From: Vicugna vicugna
Taxonomy: Eukaryota
DNA length: 64,000 nucleotides
Reading direction: 5' to 3'
NCBI GenBank assembly: GCA_013265495.1
Contig: MU059820.1
Span: forward strand, 3,198,948 to 3,262,947
The position numbers and the translations under genes were made by a program. The notes under the pieces are model-generated. The model saw only the letters and a program-made list of their open reading frames with translations. It ran no database searches and had not been told where the DNA came from. Of the stretch, positions 48,191 through 61,254 are shown in pieces (position 1 is the first letter of the stretch; the number at the start of each line of letters is the position of its first letter).

Positions 48191-49866
48191 GGTATGTGAA
48201 GACGTGCTTTCCTGGACCACCTTCACCCTTCGTTCATTCATGTGTTCATTCCCTTCTTTAACATCCGTTCAGTGACGTTTCCACGCAGCACGTGGTGGGA
48301 TTACAGTGGGGAGCAAACCACTGTCCCGCAAGGGGCTGCCATCCTGGGACAGAGGCCAGAGGAATAAACCCCCAGAGAAACAAGGAAACGTCGTGTGGCA
48401 CATCCCACAAATGCTTTTCATTTGTGCTCAACTTTCTACCAGTTTTGAAATAATCTGGCTTGTCATCTCTGCGAGAAAGCCCTGCCTGTATCCCTTCTTT
48501 AAACTTGGCGAACAGAACGTGTATCTTTCAATTTTTGGAAGTGATGTCCTCAGCCTTCTTAGACTACACGCCCCTTCTCTGCAGAATTCAAACAACATCG
48601 CTTGCTGCTCTGTGTTGTTTGCAATAGCTCATAGCAGTCATGGCCGTAAGAGCTGGGTCTGAGCTGAAGGGTGGGCGTGATTTTAAAAATAAGAGTGTGA
48701 AAGTATTTCTCCTCTGAATAACTATAAATCATCACAAAGAAGCCATTGTTTCTTTCTTTGCTAATATCCTTTTAATATGTGGATCTCTACATGTACCCCC
48801 GCCCCCAGATTTGTTGCTCTGGGGGAGAAAAATAACGTACCTTAAGAAGAAAGAGACACTGGTGGGTACAGTCATTACCAGCCTGACGTTTCTGAACTGG
48901 GTTTGACAGTGGAACTTTGAAAATATTTATCTATCAGAAAATAGTTTCAGCCGTGGGCAATTTGGTGAAAAGGTTTAGTTGATGGAAAAACCATAACTCA
49001 GTGTGACTGGCTTTCATGTAAGATGTTCTTGAAGGCCACAGGATAACCAGCATTTCCAACAACCTGGAAAATTTAGACCAGCTTGGAAAAATAACAGAGG
49101 GGCTGGGGGCGGTAGCCAAAGCACTGCACAGGATCAGATAAATTTATGAGCTTTAGAGACTCGAATTTTAATATTAAATTATGAACGAAAGCAACACTCA
49201 GGCTAAGTGTTTCAGCAGGTCTCCCTGCCTGGGCCTTTTCCTTCCTCCCCTCTGAAAGGCTGGGACAGTTTTCCAGCACAAGGTGTTCTGCTCCATCTAT
49301 ATGTCATTCTTTCCCATTTGCATTTTTGTGTACTTCTATGGCTCCTTTATATAGTTAAGAAGGACTGTGTCCTGGGGCGCTGGCTTGTGTCTTGGTATTT
49401 TTGCGTGGCTTCCAAGCCCAAGGCAATGGTTTGCCTCCTGGCCATGCTCAGAAAGCCTGCCATCTGCCACGGCTGACGCCTGGACAAGCAGCCCCACAGC
49501 TCCTCTAGGAAGCCGCGCTGCCCGCCTGAGGTCCCCCCGCCTCCGGCCCTGGCTGGTCTGGCCTCTTTACAGGCAGGGAGCTGGGTCACTGGAAGCTCTG
49601 AGGCCACTTCTTCTGCTCTATCACCTGCAACTGCCTTGAAACAACTCTGTCCTGGAACTGTCTCATGAACACAGTCAGGTCTTACCCATCTTCTTCTGCT
49701 TTCACACCAAAGTTGAATAAAGCGACTCCCCCAAGAACAAACAATCAATCAATGGAACAAAGGAAAGGACACACAGGCCTCCCCCCAGGGGTCCTCCCTG
49801 GCGCGGCTCTCACCCCTCCTTCATCTCTCAACCTGTGTGCAGAGTGGCGTTAACCATGCCTCCCTG

Positions 49867-50078
49867 CTTGGGGCTTGCAGATGCACACTACTTTACGTGA
49901 AACAGATAAACAGCAAGCACCTACTGCACAGCACAGGGAGCTGCACCCAATACCTTGTAATAGCCCATAATGAAAACGAATATGAAGAAGAATATATATA
50001 TAATAGCATCACTATGCCGTACGCCAGAAATTAACACAACACGGTAAACCAACTATATTTTATTAAAAAAAAAAAAAA
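49867..50078 (+). mobile_element. Short L1 3' UTR end
   Basis: 'aaacagataaacagcaagcacctactgcacagcacagggagctgcacccaatacc...aattaacacaac' plus an A tail. Confidence 0.85.
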
Positions 50079-50439
50079 GGCCAAAAAAAAAAAAGATGGC
50101 AACATTTAAAAAAATAAAATAAAAAAATAAAACTCTCCTCCCTGTTACCCCTGGAATAATTTCCAAAACCATAGCAAGGCTTCCAAACCCCCACCCATCT
50201 CCATGGCCTCAGAACTTCCCCAACACCCCCATTACGCCATTTCCACCATGGCCAAGTATGTTCTGTTCCCTGTAAACCACCCCAGGCCTTGGAACATTCC
50301 AGAGGAGAAGTGTTATTCTTACAATTCCTTTTCCCCCTTCGGTTGGCCAACTTCCACTCTTCCTGCCAAGGTCACTGCTTTTCCTAAGGGTCGCACTAGC
50401 GCTGGCTTAAGTGCCCCGCCGTGACTCCTCTACTGTTTC

Positions 50440-50580
50440 TACCTGTTTGCACAGCTGCTCCCCGTCAGAGTCTTGGAGGGCAAGGGCTGTGTCTTATTCC
50501 CTGTTGTACCTTCACAGCCCAGCTCTGTGTCAGACATATGATAAGTGTTGCGCAATTACTTGACGAGTGGATGAATGTAA
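50440..50580 (+). mobile_element. L2 3' end remnant
   Basis: 'cttggagggcaagggctgtgtcttattccctgttgtacc...gagtggatgaatg'. Confidence 0.6.
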
Positions 50581-51689
50581 CAACAGGAACTGGTGTTTAG
50601 ATTAAGCCATGTGAAATTGCTGATATTTGATGACTTTTGACCTACAAAAATGGCACCTTCATGATTCTATCTAACCTGCAAACTGAGGAATACCAGCCCC
50701 CAGCACCGGAAAGTACTAAAAATTGCTTCCAAAAGACAGAGGTCTAGACCCCAAGAAGAGAAGCTTCAGAGAACACAGAAGGGGACAAAGGTAGAAGTAA
50801 AAAAGGATATTGTTTAAAAAAAAGGACTGAACAGGCATTTCCAATCAATTATGGGCTGGGAATTTTTCCTGGTCTCCCAAATATTGCCCCTCAGCCTTCC
50901 AAACCATCTGGAAAATTCTTTCTTCTGGATGAAGCATAATCATGCCAAATGTGAACTCTGTACCCTCTGACATTCACAGGGAGGCCTGTCAAATTAGGGA
51001 ACACTATGGGGGAAAAAGAACTTTTCTAAATCAGAAAATGATTCAGTCTTGTTCAGTCTTCAGAAAGCTCAGTAACAATGGGATTAATATACTGAATGTG
51101 GAGCATATTGTGGGTTTATAAAAAACTAATGTTCAGAAAACCTGGATCCTAGGAGGCAAAAGAAGCTCACAACAAGAAATGAGAAAACATGAGATGGCCT
51201 AATTTGGGTGAAAGTTGAGAACATGTCACTCTTGTCAGGAGTAATTGAGAGGTTCATGGTTAAAAAGAGAAAGGATTTGACAGGCTTCTCCTCCCCTGTA
51301 GGTAAGATAGTCAAGGGCATAGATCTTCGCTCAAATCCAACCCCTCTGACGGCTATCACGGGGAAACAGAGAGTGTTCGGGCAGCAATTATGGTTCTCCA
51401 TGGTGGGAAGTTCTCCAGTAATCAAATGGCACAGTCTTCAAAAATACAGATAGGAAACCAACCCCAAGACTAAACTGTGGTGTGTATGCATCAGAGTGGT
51501 GTGTGTTCAGGTTGTACAGATTCTGTTTTAGAAAAATGCTCCCAAGAGGTAGGATATGTTCAACAGTGTCACCCACAACACCGCTACCCAGGGGGTATCT
51601 TTCCACAGTCCACCAGGGAAACCCACAACAACCACTTACCAAGAGTCCATCAAGAACGTGGCTGTGGGGCCAACAGTAGCACAGATAGA

Positions 51690-51950
51690 GGAGCAATGAC
51701 TCTGGTCCTCCAGGAGTTTGCCCTCTTATTCAAGAGCTGCACTGAGAGAGTCGCTGAAGCCAAGTGGAACGGGCAAACACAGAACGAGGATGCAAGGAGA
51801 TGGGCCATGGTTAGTGGCCAGGTGTGAGGAGTGGACGTGGTGTGCTGAGAGTCAAGAAGAGGATAGCAAGCAGTGGAGACTGGAAAGTCTGGGAAGACAT
51901 CATGCAGGAGGCAAGCTGACCAGTGTTCAAAGGTGATGACTGATGGGAAC
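51690..51950 (-). mobile_element. L2 remnant
   Basis: 'gtcctccaggagtttgccctcttatt...gtggtgtgctgagagtcaagaagagg'. Confidence 0.35.
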
Positions 51951-52262
51951 CACTTCTCTGACACTTCTCTTAAAGAAGCATCATCAGAAAGGAAAAGGGA
52001 GTTGGGCTGCCCTATGCTGTGGGCCCAATTCAGGGATGAGAATATAACTGGGTTGTAAAATCTAATACCCTTTGTGTTGATATGAAGTCAGTAAGAAAGT
52101 ACTGCTTGGTCTGACGTTTAAGCACAGTCAACCGTTTTGGTTTTTTTTTTTTTTTTAGTGTTTTCTTTTTATGGGTAAATTTATCTCATTTACTTTTATT
52201 AGGGTGTTTTGAATTAGTTCTATTTTTAAATTTCTTTGTATGCTTTCCGGGTTGTTTCTTGA

Positions 52263-52875
52263 CCTTTAATTGAATTATAACTTAAGAACAGAAATATGAA
52301 CAAATTGAAAATGTACATTTGAAGGATTTTCATAGTTAACGCATCTGAGGAACCAGCGCTCAGATCGAGAAACTGAACACGACTGTCATCTAAGGATCTT
52401 CACCTTGTGACCCTTCCAGCCACCAGCTCTCTCCAAAGGTAGCCACTAACCTGACTTCTAAGTCTGCAGATTCATTTTCCTACTTTTGAACTTAATATAA
52501 ACGGAATTGTATGGTATAGGACTTGCCCAATATCATGCCTAAGAGACTCAACAACAGTGTTGCACATGGCTGTATTTTATTCACCCGAATTGCTGTGTCA
52601 TATTCCGTTGTGTGGCTATACCACAACCAGTGCGTGCATTCCAGAGCTGAGGAGCATTTGGACAGGTTCCCGGCTGGGGCCATCATGACCAGGACTACTA
52701 CGGCATTCTTGTATTTCTCTCTCCGTGATCACATGTGTGTGTTCCCGTTTGGCACACACCTAGGGAAGGAACTGCTAGGTCATAGGGTTTGTGGACTGTC
52801 AGATTTAGTAAGTTCTGCCAAGTAGCTTTCCCAAGCAGCTGCCCAAATTTATACTTCCACCAGCAATCAAAAAGT
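52263..52875 (-). mobile_element. Old L1 (L1MD/ME-type) 3' remnant
   Basis: 'ggtagccactaacctgacttcta', 'cctacttttgaacttaatataaacggaat' and 'atttatacttccaccagcaat' resemble reverse L1M 3' sequence. Confidence 0.7.
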
Positions 52876-53869
52876 CGGTAAGATTTGGTTAACAAAAAAC
52901 TCTAATCTTCTCTCAAGCCATGCATGTATACTGAAGAAACCTCTTCTCTACCATGTCAGCATGACCTGAGGGCTTAAGTATTAAATTTTTTTGCTTTCTT
53001 AGAACAAAAGTAAGAGTTAGCTGTACTGCTTTTTTTGACAGGAAGGAGACTAGAAAGAAGTGTGTGCTGATAAGCATTCAGGACTCCTTCCCAAGATGAA
53101 TGAATAATGTAAAATAAATAAAGGTCAATAAAATGGCACAAAATGACAGTTAAGAGCTGCCAAGCTCATGCCAGATGGTGGTTAGAGAACCGGATGTTCC
53201 AGGAAACGATGGTTCTTGTTTTGAACTCAGCTGGCCCAAATCTGGGTAAAATTGGACATGCCAAACTCTCAGAGCCATCTGACAACAATGCTTAACCTAT
53301 TTTGCAAAGAAGAATTTCCTTGGGCGCATTGGGAACAAAATGCTGATGAAAATTTTAAGACTCACGGGATACATTTTTTAATAATTTTCCAATTTTTCTC
53401 ACTGATGCATCATTTTTTAGCATCATTAGCTCAAGAAAAAAAAGTTGAAAGAAATTGAAAGCAAGCATCCAAACTCACTGGAAACTTAAAAAGGCGAAGT
53501 CTCTTTTACGCTGCAGGAACATACAATGGAACCACAGTTACAAAGACAAACCCCTTTGTGATGACTTCCCATTGGATTTGAAGAGGGTGTACAGTGTAGG
53601 ACGCAAACCTACATAGAGGGGCATAGAATATTTCCAGAACAAGATAAATATCCTGCCAGATTTATTCTCTCCTTAAAATCCATCAGTGTTATCTTCACAT
53701 TGCCTAAAATCCCCGCTTTTTGACATGGCATCCAAAGACTTCGATGTGCTAGCCTTTGCCCCGCAGCCTCCGTCCCATCGCACTGCCTTTCACCCTCCCC
53801 CTTGCATGCCTCGTTCTGGCCGGAGGAAACCATCTCCAGCTCAGACAATCTGCTCTGCCATCTCAGAAT

Positions 53870-55020
53870 CCCTTCTCCTCATCAAGGTCACCTGTAACCT
53901 TCCTTTTGCCCAAACACATGGTCCTTTCTCGGTCCCTCTCTTAGTGGGCCACCCCACTTCCACTGTGTTCTGGGAAACTTATCGGCCAGACTGTCCTCCC
54001 TCACCGGATTCTTCCTCCTCTGCCTCCTCCTCCAAGCCCTGAAAGTCGAGGTACCCAAGGCTCCAGTTCTGAGGCTCTCTTCACCTTTATCTCCATCACC
54101 TCCTTATTTGATCTTGGCTGGTTTCATGGCTTTAATTGCCATTGAATATGCCACCGGTCCCCTAACTTTATATCCCCACCCCAGCTTCCTTTATGAGCTC
54201 CAGTTTCCTGCTCCACACTTCTACCTGGGTGTCTGCCAGGCGTGTCCTGGACCTGCACTGCGCAGGCACATCCCTCCCCAGGTGCTGTTGGCTGCTAACT
54301 GCACACAACTGCATCCTTTCTGGAGTGCTGCCTTGGCTGATGGATGATGACCCAACTCATAAAAACCTTCGCCCAGAAATGTTGGGGAGATTGTACCCTA
54401 GAATAAGGAGCAGGCGCCCTAGCCAATGACTAGCTCGTACGGTGACACAGAAGCCCAGCCTCTGTGCATCCAGGAGGGACACCTCCACGGTGCCATTCAG
54501 GCCTCCGAGTCCTCCTGTGGGCTCAGGCTGAGAGGAGACTCCAGCTGCAACCACATCTTTGCCTAGATGTTCCCCCACCCTGTCCCGCACCACTTTGTCC
54601 TGAGAGCTCCTCCTCTATAAATCACTTGCACAAAAATCCCCAGCTCAGGCTCTGCTTCAAGGAAACCCTAGATCTAAGAGCAGCATTTTCCCCTTAACGG
54701 CCCCAACCGCACTGTGATCGGCTCCTCCCGCCCACGTCTCCTGTGATCTGTGGATCCTCTTCACCCAGTGCAGAAACCCAGACCTTGTCCTGTTTCCTCT
54801 CCTGTTCTCCTGCCCCAGATCCAATCCGTCAGCAAATCCTGTCATCCTCACCTTTAAAATACATCCTCCATCTGACCCCTTCCTGGACCACTGGAAGAGC
54901 CTCCTCACTGGCATCTGCCTCCCAAATCCTCCCAAGATGCAAACAGAACCAAGTTCCCCGTCCGCTCAGAACGCCTCTCTGGAGGCTTCCCGTTGTGCCT
55001 GGAGTTACCTCACTCCCACC
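53870..55020 (+). mobile_element. L2 LINE remnant interrupted by an ERVL LTR
   Basis: 'ctcatcaaggtcacctgtaacc', 'ccatctgacccc...gcctcctcactgg' and 'cagcaaatcctgtc' resemble the L2 body on both sides of 54260-54682. Confidence 0.6.
54260..54682 (+). mobile_element. LTR16-type ERVL LTR
   Basis: 3' end 'ctataaatcacttgcacaaaaatccccagctcaggctctgcttcaaggaaaccctagatctaagagca'. Confidence 0.6.
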
Positions 55021-55570
55021 ACCTTCATACTCCTCCGCAAGAGGGAAAATCTCTAGAATGTTTTTAAATCCCTGTTTAAGGTGCAATTAGAGGTATTCAT
55101 TTCGTGTGCTTTATGCAGATACATGGTTACTTCTGTTACCATCACTGCTGAATGTTCATCCTTTACAAATTCAAAGCAAGAAAACATTTGAGGAGACTTA
55201 AAAAGATCCAGTACATAGCCTATCTAAAAACCATACTTATTAACAATGCAACCTGCTTTATCTTTAAAGGAAAACAAAATAACCGTGGGCAATGGGTAAA
55301 AGCAAAGAGTGGATACTCCCCATAGTATGAAAGTCAACATGTTTGTTAATGTTCCCGGGCCATCTGAATAGGGTGTGGGAGGCGTATGCAGTGCTTTCCT
55401 GTGCCGCCCTCTTTTCTCCACTAGGGAGAAGATCAACCACACATGGGGGAAAGATTCTCAGTCAGGAACTGCCTTTCAAAACAGCTCAGTGCGATATTTA
55501 AGCAACAAGCATCCCTTGGCCCTAAGACAAGTACTGCTGGATCTTGGTGCCTCCTCCAAGACCCAGTTCA

Positions 55571-56014
55571 AATTCCTTTTGCAGCCACATGGATGGACCT
55601 AGAGGTGATCATACTGAGTGAAGCTGGTCAGACAGAGAAAGACAAATGCCATGTGAAATCACTTATATGTGGAACCTAAAAAAATTTTACAAATGAACTT
55701 CTTTACAAAACAGAAATAGACTCACAGACATAGAAAATAAATGTATGGTTATCAAAGGGGAAAGGAGGGTAGGATAAATGAGTTTGGGACTGGCAGATAC
55801 ACATCAGTACACATAAAACAGATAAACAACAAGGACCTGCTGTACAGCACAGGGAACTACATTCAATATCTAGTAATAACATATCTGAAAAAAATCTGAA
55901 AAAGAATATATATATATACATATATATATATGTATGTATGTATAACTGAATCACTTTGCTGTACACCTGGAACTAACACAACATTGTAAATCAACTGTAC
56001 TCCAATTAAAAAAA
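55571..56014 (+). mobile_element. 5'-truncated L1 3' end
   Basis: 'gcagccacatggatggacctagaggtgatcatactgagtgaag', then 3' UTR and A tail. Confidence 0.95.
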
Positions 56015-56034
56015 TTTTTTTAAAGTCATTTCCT

Positions 56035-56185
56035 CCATGAGGCCTTCCTGGCCTTCAAAACAGTCCATTCTGTTGCCTGTGCATTTCCGCTTGATTTTGC
56101 CCTTTCACCTTCTTCTCCTTAACAGTAAGGCCAGGCCCTCTGCACAGATGGTGCTAAGTAAATGTTTGGTGATGAAATAATTGAT
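56035..56185 (+). mobile_element. L2 3' terminus
   Basis: 'tccatgaggccttcctg...gcacagatggtgctaagtaaatgtttggtgatgaa'. Confidence 0.55.
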
Positions 56186-56310
56186 TGAAAGTGTTAATCA
56201 TCTAGAAAAGTGACTGTGGAGTTGGCTGCATGCCTTCTGACATTTCCTAACTTCCTTATGGGGAGATGAGGCATCTATAATCCAGGAAGCTTAGCATTTT
56301 TCCATACCAA

Positions 56311-57057
56311 GAGGGTGTGGAGAAAAGGAAACCTTCTTACACTGTTGGTGGAAATGTAGTTTGGTGCAGTCATTTATGGAAAACAGTATGGAGATGCCTC
56401 AAAAAACTAAAAATAGACTTACCATATGATCCAGCCTTCCCACTCCTGGACATATATCTGGAGGGAACTCAAATTTGAAAAGATACATGCACCCCAATTT
56501 TCCTAGCAGCACTATATACAATAGCCAAGACAAGGAAACAACCTAAATGCCTATTGACAGATGACTGAATAAAGAAGCTGTGTTATATTTATACATATAT
56601 AAAAAGAATAAAATAATGCCACTTGCAGCAATGTGGATGGACCTGGAGATCGTCATTCTAAATGAAGTAAGCCAGAGAGAAAAAGAAAAATACTATGTAT
56701 CACTCATATGAGGAATCTTAAAAAAAAAGAAAAAAGACACAACTGAACTTATTTACAAAACAGAAGCAGACTCTCAGACATAGAAAACACACTTATGGTT
56801 ATGGGGGGGGGTGGGGGTGGGTGGAGGGATAAATTGGGAGTTCAAGATTTGCAGATACTAACTACTATATATAGAATAGATAAACAACAAGTTTCGACTG
56901 TACAGCACAGAGAACTATATTCAGTATCTTGTAGTGACCTATAATGAAAAAGAATATGAAAATGAGTATATGTGTGTGTTTGTGTGACTGAAACATTTGC
57001 TGTACACCAGAAACTGACATAACATTGTAAATTGACTTTACTTCAATTAAAAAAAAA
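56311..57057 (+). mobile_element. 5'-truncated L1 (ORF2 C-terminus and 3' UTR)
   Basis: Translates to RGCGEKETFLHCWWKCSLVQ, matching the L1 ORF2p Cys-rich C-terminus (RGCGEIGTLLHCWWDCKLVQ). Degenerate TSD ATTTTTCCATACCAA (56296-56310) / ATTTGTCCACACTAA (57057-57071), 12/15 match. Confidence 0.95.
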
Positions 57058-58599
57058 TTTGTCCACACTAAACCATTGTCAACATGCATGAAAGGAGGCT
57101 CTTTTTGTCCTCTGCCAGGTTCAAAAAATATATCTAGTTGAACGCTCTGCTGGTACAAGAACCTCTAGGTAAAAGCAAAGTTTGGGCATCCCAAATCAAA
57201 CATGCTATTATTGCCTGCTTAGAGATCAATTCAGCACACCTGCGTAAAAACACCTTTCTAGAAAGGTTGCTTGTCCATCTGCTTCTGTTTGGAGCACCAG
57301 ATATCCATCTCGTGTGTGTCCGGGAGTCAGTGAGGACGGACAGTAAAAAAGGGACTCGAATACTCCTCTGGGCTGGAAATCACGACCTGCTCACTTAGAA
57401 AGTCTGCTCTTGGGGTGAACAGGATCCACCACCACTCGCTAGCTTTCCACGCCCAGAAAATCGGGAAGGAGTACGAATCTCTCCAGAGTTCTGGAAATAG
57501 ACTCTGAGTATGCAAGCCATTTGGCAAAGTTAAGCATTAAACATTTGGGAAGTCCAGTTTTGAGAACATTCAACAGACTCCATTTCCATGCACCTCCCAT
57601 CATTTCAAACCCAAAAGTATAACGAACAATTCAAATTAGACAAAACATTGTAGTCTGGTGAAAATTCCGAAGAAAAATGTTTCCAAATTTGTTCTCCTTT
57701 CTTTCCCTCTTTTTTGTTTTTTTAACAGACCATTATAGATGCTGGTCCTCTTTACAAAGGCATTTTAAATTGCGTGGGATGTCCCACGTAGGACTGCACG
57801 TGAGCCTGGGGAGCCCTGGTGCCTTGCAAAATGGCAGTTAGCACATTTATAAAGCTCAGCTTTTAGGTTTAACTACAAGGCACCTCTAGCAAGGCACCTG
57901 GTTACAAGAATTGAATGACAGAAGAGATTTGTGTCCACGGTGACCCGCAGGTAGAGTGAGCCCTTTTTCTGTGTTCTCACGCTAATGGGAGCACAGCTGT
58001 CTCCCCTCCCCCACCACTGGCAGCCTCAGCCCACCTGGCTTGCTCCCCATAGAAAGCGGCAGTGAGGGGTCTTGGTCCACCCTCTGAAGCTGGAGATGCG
58101 GCCAGTAAAGGTCCAGACCCTGTTTGCGAAGCTCTGGTTCCACTGACACCTGTGGGTCTCCATCCAATCTGACCCCAAGGGTGGATCTTGAGATCCCCTG
58201 CCCACGTTAAATCCTCAGAGATTCAGACAAACTGTCCTGCACCAAAACCTTGACCACAACAGCAGTGCCAAGTGAAGCAGCGGGTTCCAGGGGTGATGCT
58301 GAAAATTAGGATGAAATAAATAAATTTTCTCTCTGACTCTGTGGAACTTCAGTGCCCCCTCTGTCCCCACCATCTTGAGATAAAGGAGCAGCAGGAGCAG
58401 TGGCCCGACCCTTTCCCAGTGACCATGTGCAGCACTGGCTGTCCCTCAGACCCCCCCCTGCCCACCCACCCCCGTCTCCCCATCACCCCTCTCAGGGTGC
58501 TTCCTCCCTCTCGACACCTAGGAGAGTCTTTAGAAAAAAAATCCTGCTTTCTCATCTGGAAAGTGATGCCAAAAACCATGTTCCTCATTCTCCACAAAG

Positions 58600-59160
58600 T
58601 GAAAATTAAGCAACAGTATAGTATAATTCAAACTGACAAAGATTTAAAAAAAGAAACTCAATGTCTTAATGTTGGTGAAGTGTGAGGAAGTAGATATTCT
58701 CAAATGCTGGGAAATATAAACTCATATAACCTTTCTCTTTTTTTTTGGCTTTTTTTTTTTAAATGAGGGGGAGGTAATTAGGTTTATACATTTATTTCTG
58801 TTTGGAGTAGCTACTGGGGATTGAACCCAGGACCTCTTGTGTGCTGAGCATGTGCTCTACCACTGAGCTATACCCTCCCCACCAAACTCATATAACCTTT
58901 CCATACAGCTATTTGGTTACAAATAACAAAATTTTAAAAACTTCCATAGCCCCCTAATTTCACTTCAAGGAATTTATTAAGAGGGAATAAAGAAGAATCT
59001 ATACAGAGACATATTCACTGGCATGTTTGTCTCAACTTTGTCCGTAATAGTAAAAATTTGGAAATAATCTAATTTTTCAATAGGAAATTGGTTAAAGACT
59101 TGTGTATGTAATAGAATATCATACAGCTATTAAAATGATGTATAAAAATGATCGTGGCAT
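58600..59160 (+). mobile_element. L1ME-type remnant interrupted by a SINE
   Basis: 'tgttggtgaagtgtgaggaagtagatattctc...' and 'aatttggaaataatctaatttttcaataggaaattggttaaa'. Confidence 0.5.
58736..58883 (-). mobile_element. tRNA-derived SINE, long form (camelid vic-1-like)
   Basis: Minus strand reads GGGGAGGGTATAGCTCAGTGGTAGAGCACATGCTCAGC...GGGTTCAATCCCCAGTA...AAACCTAATTACCTCCCCC. Perfect 18-bp TSD AAACTCATATAACCTTTC at 58718-58735 and 58884-58901. Confidence 0.93.
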
Positions 59161-59240
59161 ATTATAAGGTGAAAACTAAAGCAACTACCAAAGAAAACAT
59201 GCCCTATTACACCAGTTTTGTAAAAACCAAAATACGCCTA

Positions 59241-60008
59241 CAGGCGCACCTCAGAGGTATCGCGGGTTTGGTTCCAGACCACCGCAGTCACATGTACCTG
59301 GTTTCCCAGTGCGTACAAAAGTTACGCTTACACTACACGGCAGCCTGTTAAGTGTGCAATGGTGTTACATCTAAGAAAACAATGTGCTTTCCTTTATTTA
59401 AAAATACTTTATTGCTAAAAGATGCCACCCATCATCTGAGCCTTCAGGAGTCATCATCTTTTTGCTAGGAGAGGGTCTTGCCTCGGTGTTGATGGCTGCT
59501 GACTGATTAGGGTGGCGGTTGTGAAGGTCGGGGTGTCCGGGGCAATTTCTTAAAAAAAGACAACAATGAAGTCTGCCTCATTCATTGGTTCTTCTTTTCA
59601 CTTGAACACTTCGAGGGTTACTAAGTGACCTAATTTCAATATTGTGGTATCTCAGGGGATAGGGAGGCCCAAGGAGAGGGAGAGAGATGGGGGAACAGCC
59701 CGTCTGTGGAGCAGCCACAACACACACAGCATTTATTGATAAATTCACTGTCTTACACAGGTGTGCTTCCTGTGGCTCCCAGTTACAAGGGTAACATCAA
59801 AGATCACTGATCGCACATCACTATAACAAATTATAATAATAAAAAAGCTTGAATATTGAGAATTATCAAAATGTGACACAGAGATACAAAGTGAGCAAAT
59901 ACTGTTGGAAAAATGGCACAAGTAAACTTGTTCTGCATAGGGTTGCCACAATCTTTCAGTGTGTAAAAAACACAATAAAATGAGCCACAATAAAATGAGG
60001 TATGCCTG
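59241..60008 (-). mobile_element. Tigger1 internal-deletion derivative (768 bp; Tigger1a_Art-like)
   Basis: Left end TA|CAGGCGCACCTCAGAGGTATCGCGGGTTTGGTTCCAGACCACCGCA; right end AATAAAATGAGGTATGCCTG. Both Tigger1 termini are present and the transposase is largely deleted. Confidence 0.9.
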
Positions 60009-60144
60009 GATTAACTAAAAAGAAAAAAAATCCTAAAGCATCACTGATGAACTTTAACAATGATACCTATGTCTAGAAACATCATAGAAAATGCTTTGTT
60101 CTTTGCATTTTACAGTTTTGTTATTTTAAACATCAACAAACCTA

Positions 60145-60810
60145 CACCACCTATTAGAATGGCCAAGATCTTTAAAACTGACATCACTAAGTGCTGACAA
60201 CGATGTGGAGCAGCAGGAACTCTCATTCATTGCTGGTGAGAACGGAAAATTTAGCAGGTGAGCAGATAAACAGCTGTGGTCCATTCAGACAATGGAACAT
60301 TACTCATTGCTAAAAAGAAATGAGTTATCAAGCCATGAAAAGATATGGAAGAACCTTACATGCCTATTACTAAGTGAGAGAAGTCAGTCTAAAAAGACTG
60401 AAGACTGTGATTCCAACTCTATGACATTCTGGCAAAGGCAAAACTATGGAGACAGTAAAAAGGTCAGTGTTGCTAAGGGTGAGGGGGAGTTGACTAGGAA
60501 GAGCTCAGGGGATTTGGGGGCAGTGGAAACACTCCACAAGACACCCTAATGGTGGATCCAAGTCCTATATGTTTGTCCAAACCCATTGGATGTTCGGCAC
60601 CAAGAGTGAACTTAATGTAAAGTATGGACCCTGGGTGTAGACGATGTGTCGCTGCAGGTTTATCGGTGGTGACAAAGGTACCCTCCAGTGGGGGATGTTG
60701 ACAGTGGGGAGGCTGTGCTTGTGTGGGGGTAAGGGGGATATGGGAACTTTTTGTACCTTCTCCTCAATTTTGTTGTGAACCCCAAAATGCTCTAAAAAAT
60801 TATCTTTAAA
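60145..60810 (+). mobile_element. L1MC-type 3' remnant
   Basis: 'caaacccattggatgttcggcaccaagagtgaacttaatgtaaagtatggac...ctcaattttgttgtgaacccc' resembles the L1MC 3' UTR. Confidence 0.85.
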
Positions 60811-60823
60811 ATACTGAGGGGTG

Positions 60824-60950
60824 GGAGAGGGTGTAGCTCAATGGTACAGCTCATGCTTAGCATGCATGAGGTCCTAGTTTCAATCACCAGTACCTCCACT
60901 AAAATTTTATTTAAATAAATAAACCTAATTATCACCCCCCCAAATAAGAT
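60824..60950 (+). mobile_element. tRNA-derived SINE, long form
   Basis: GGGAGAGGGTGTAGCTCAATGGTACAGCTCATGCTTAGCATGCATGAGGTCC...AAATAAATAAACCTAATTATCACCCCCCC. Confidence 0.9.
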
Positions 60951-61254
60951 TTATGAACCTTTGTTCCAAGTCAACAAGTAAAACATTAAATGATATCTTC
61001 CAGGGCTGACGACACATTTTCTCCCAATCATTCTCTGCATCGGTACTCTGGAAGGAAGTGCTTTTTCTCACTATCAGCTGCTTGAAGACACACAGAGAGA
61101 GGATGCATAATTAAATAAGATGGTGGAAAAGTGAGAGCATTTTGTCAGTGACTCATAAATTCTGACACAGAACCTGTTTTAGGAAAATTGCTCTGTTCTG
61201 CTCCCCCAGCACTTTCTTACATCAATACTTTGATTAATTCTGTCATCCCCCATC

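Noticed and set aside
51126-51453. 81-aa ORF (MKVENMSLLSGVIERFMVKKRK...) as a pseudogene or RTE/CR1 remnant
   Set aside because: No motif I could match with confidence, and no poly(A) or TSD.
273-60950. tRNA-like A-box/B-box sequences at 273, 26222, 35772, 58883 and 60824 as tRNA genes
   Set aside because: They have A-rich tails, most have TSDs, and they diverge from one another. They are SINE heads, not functional tRNAs.
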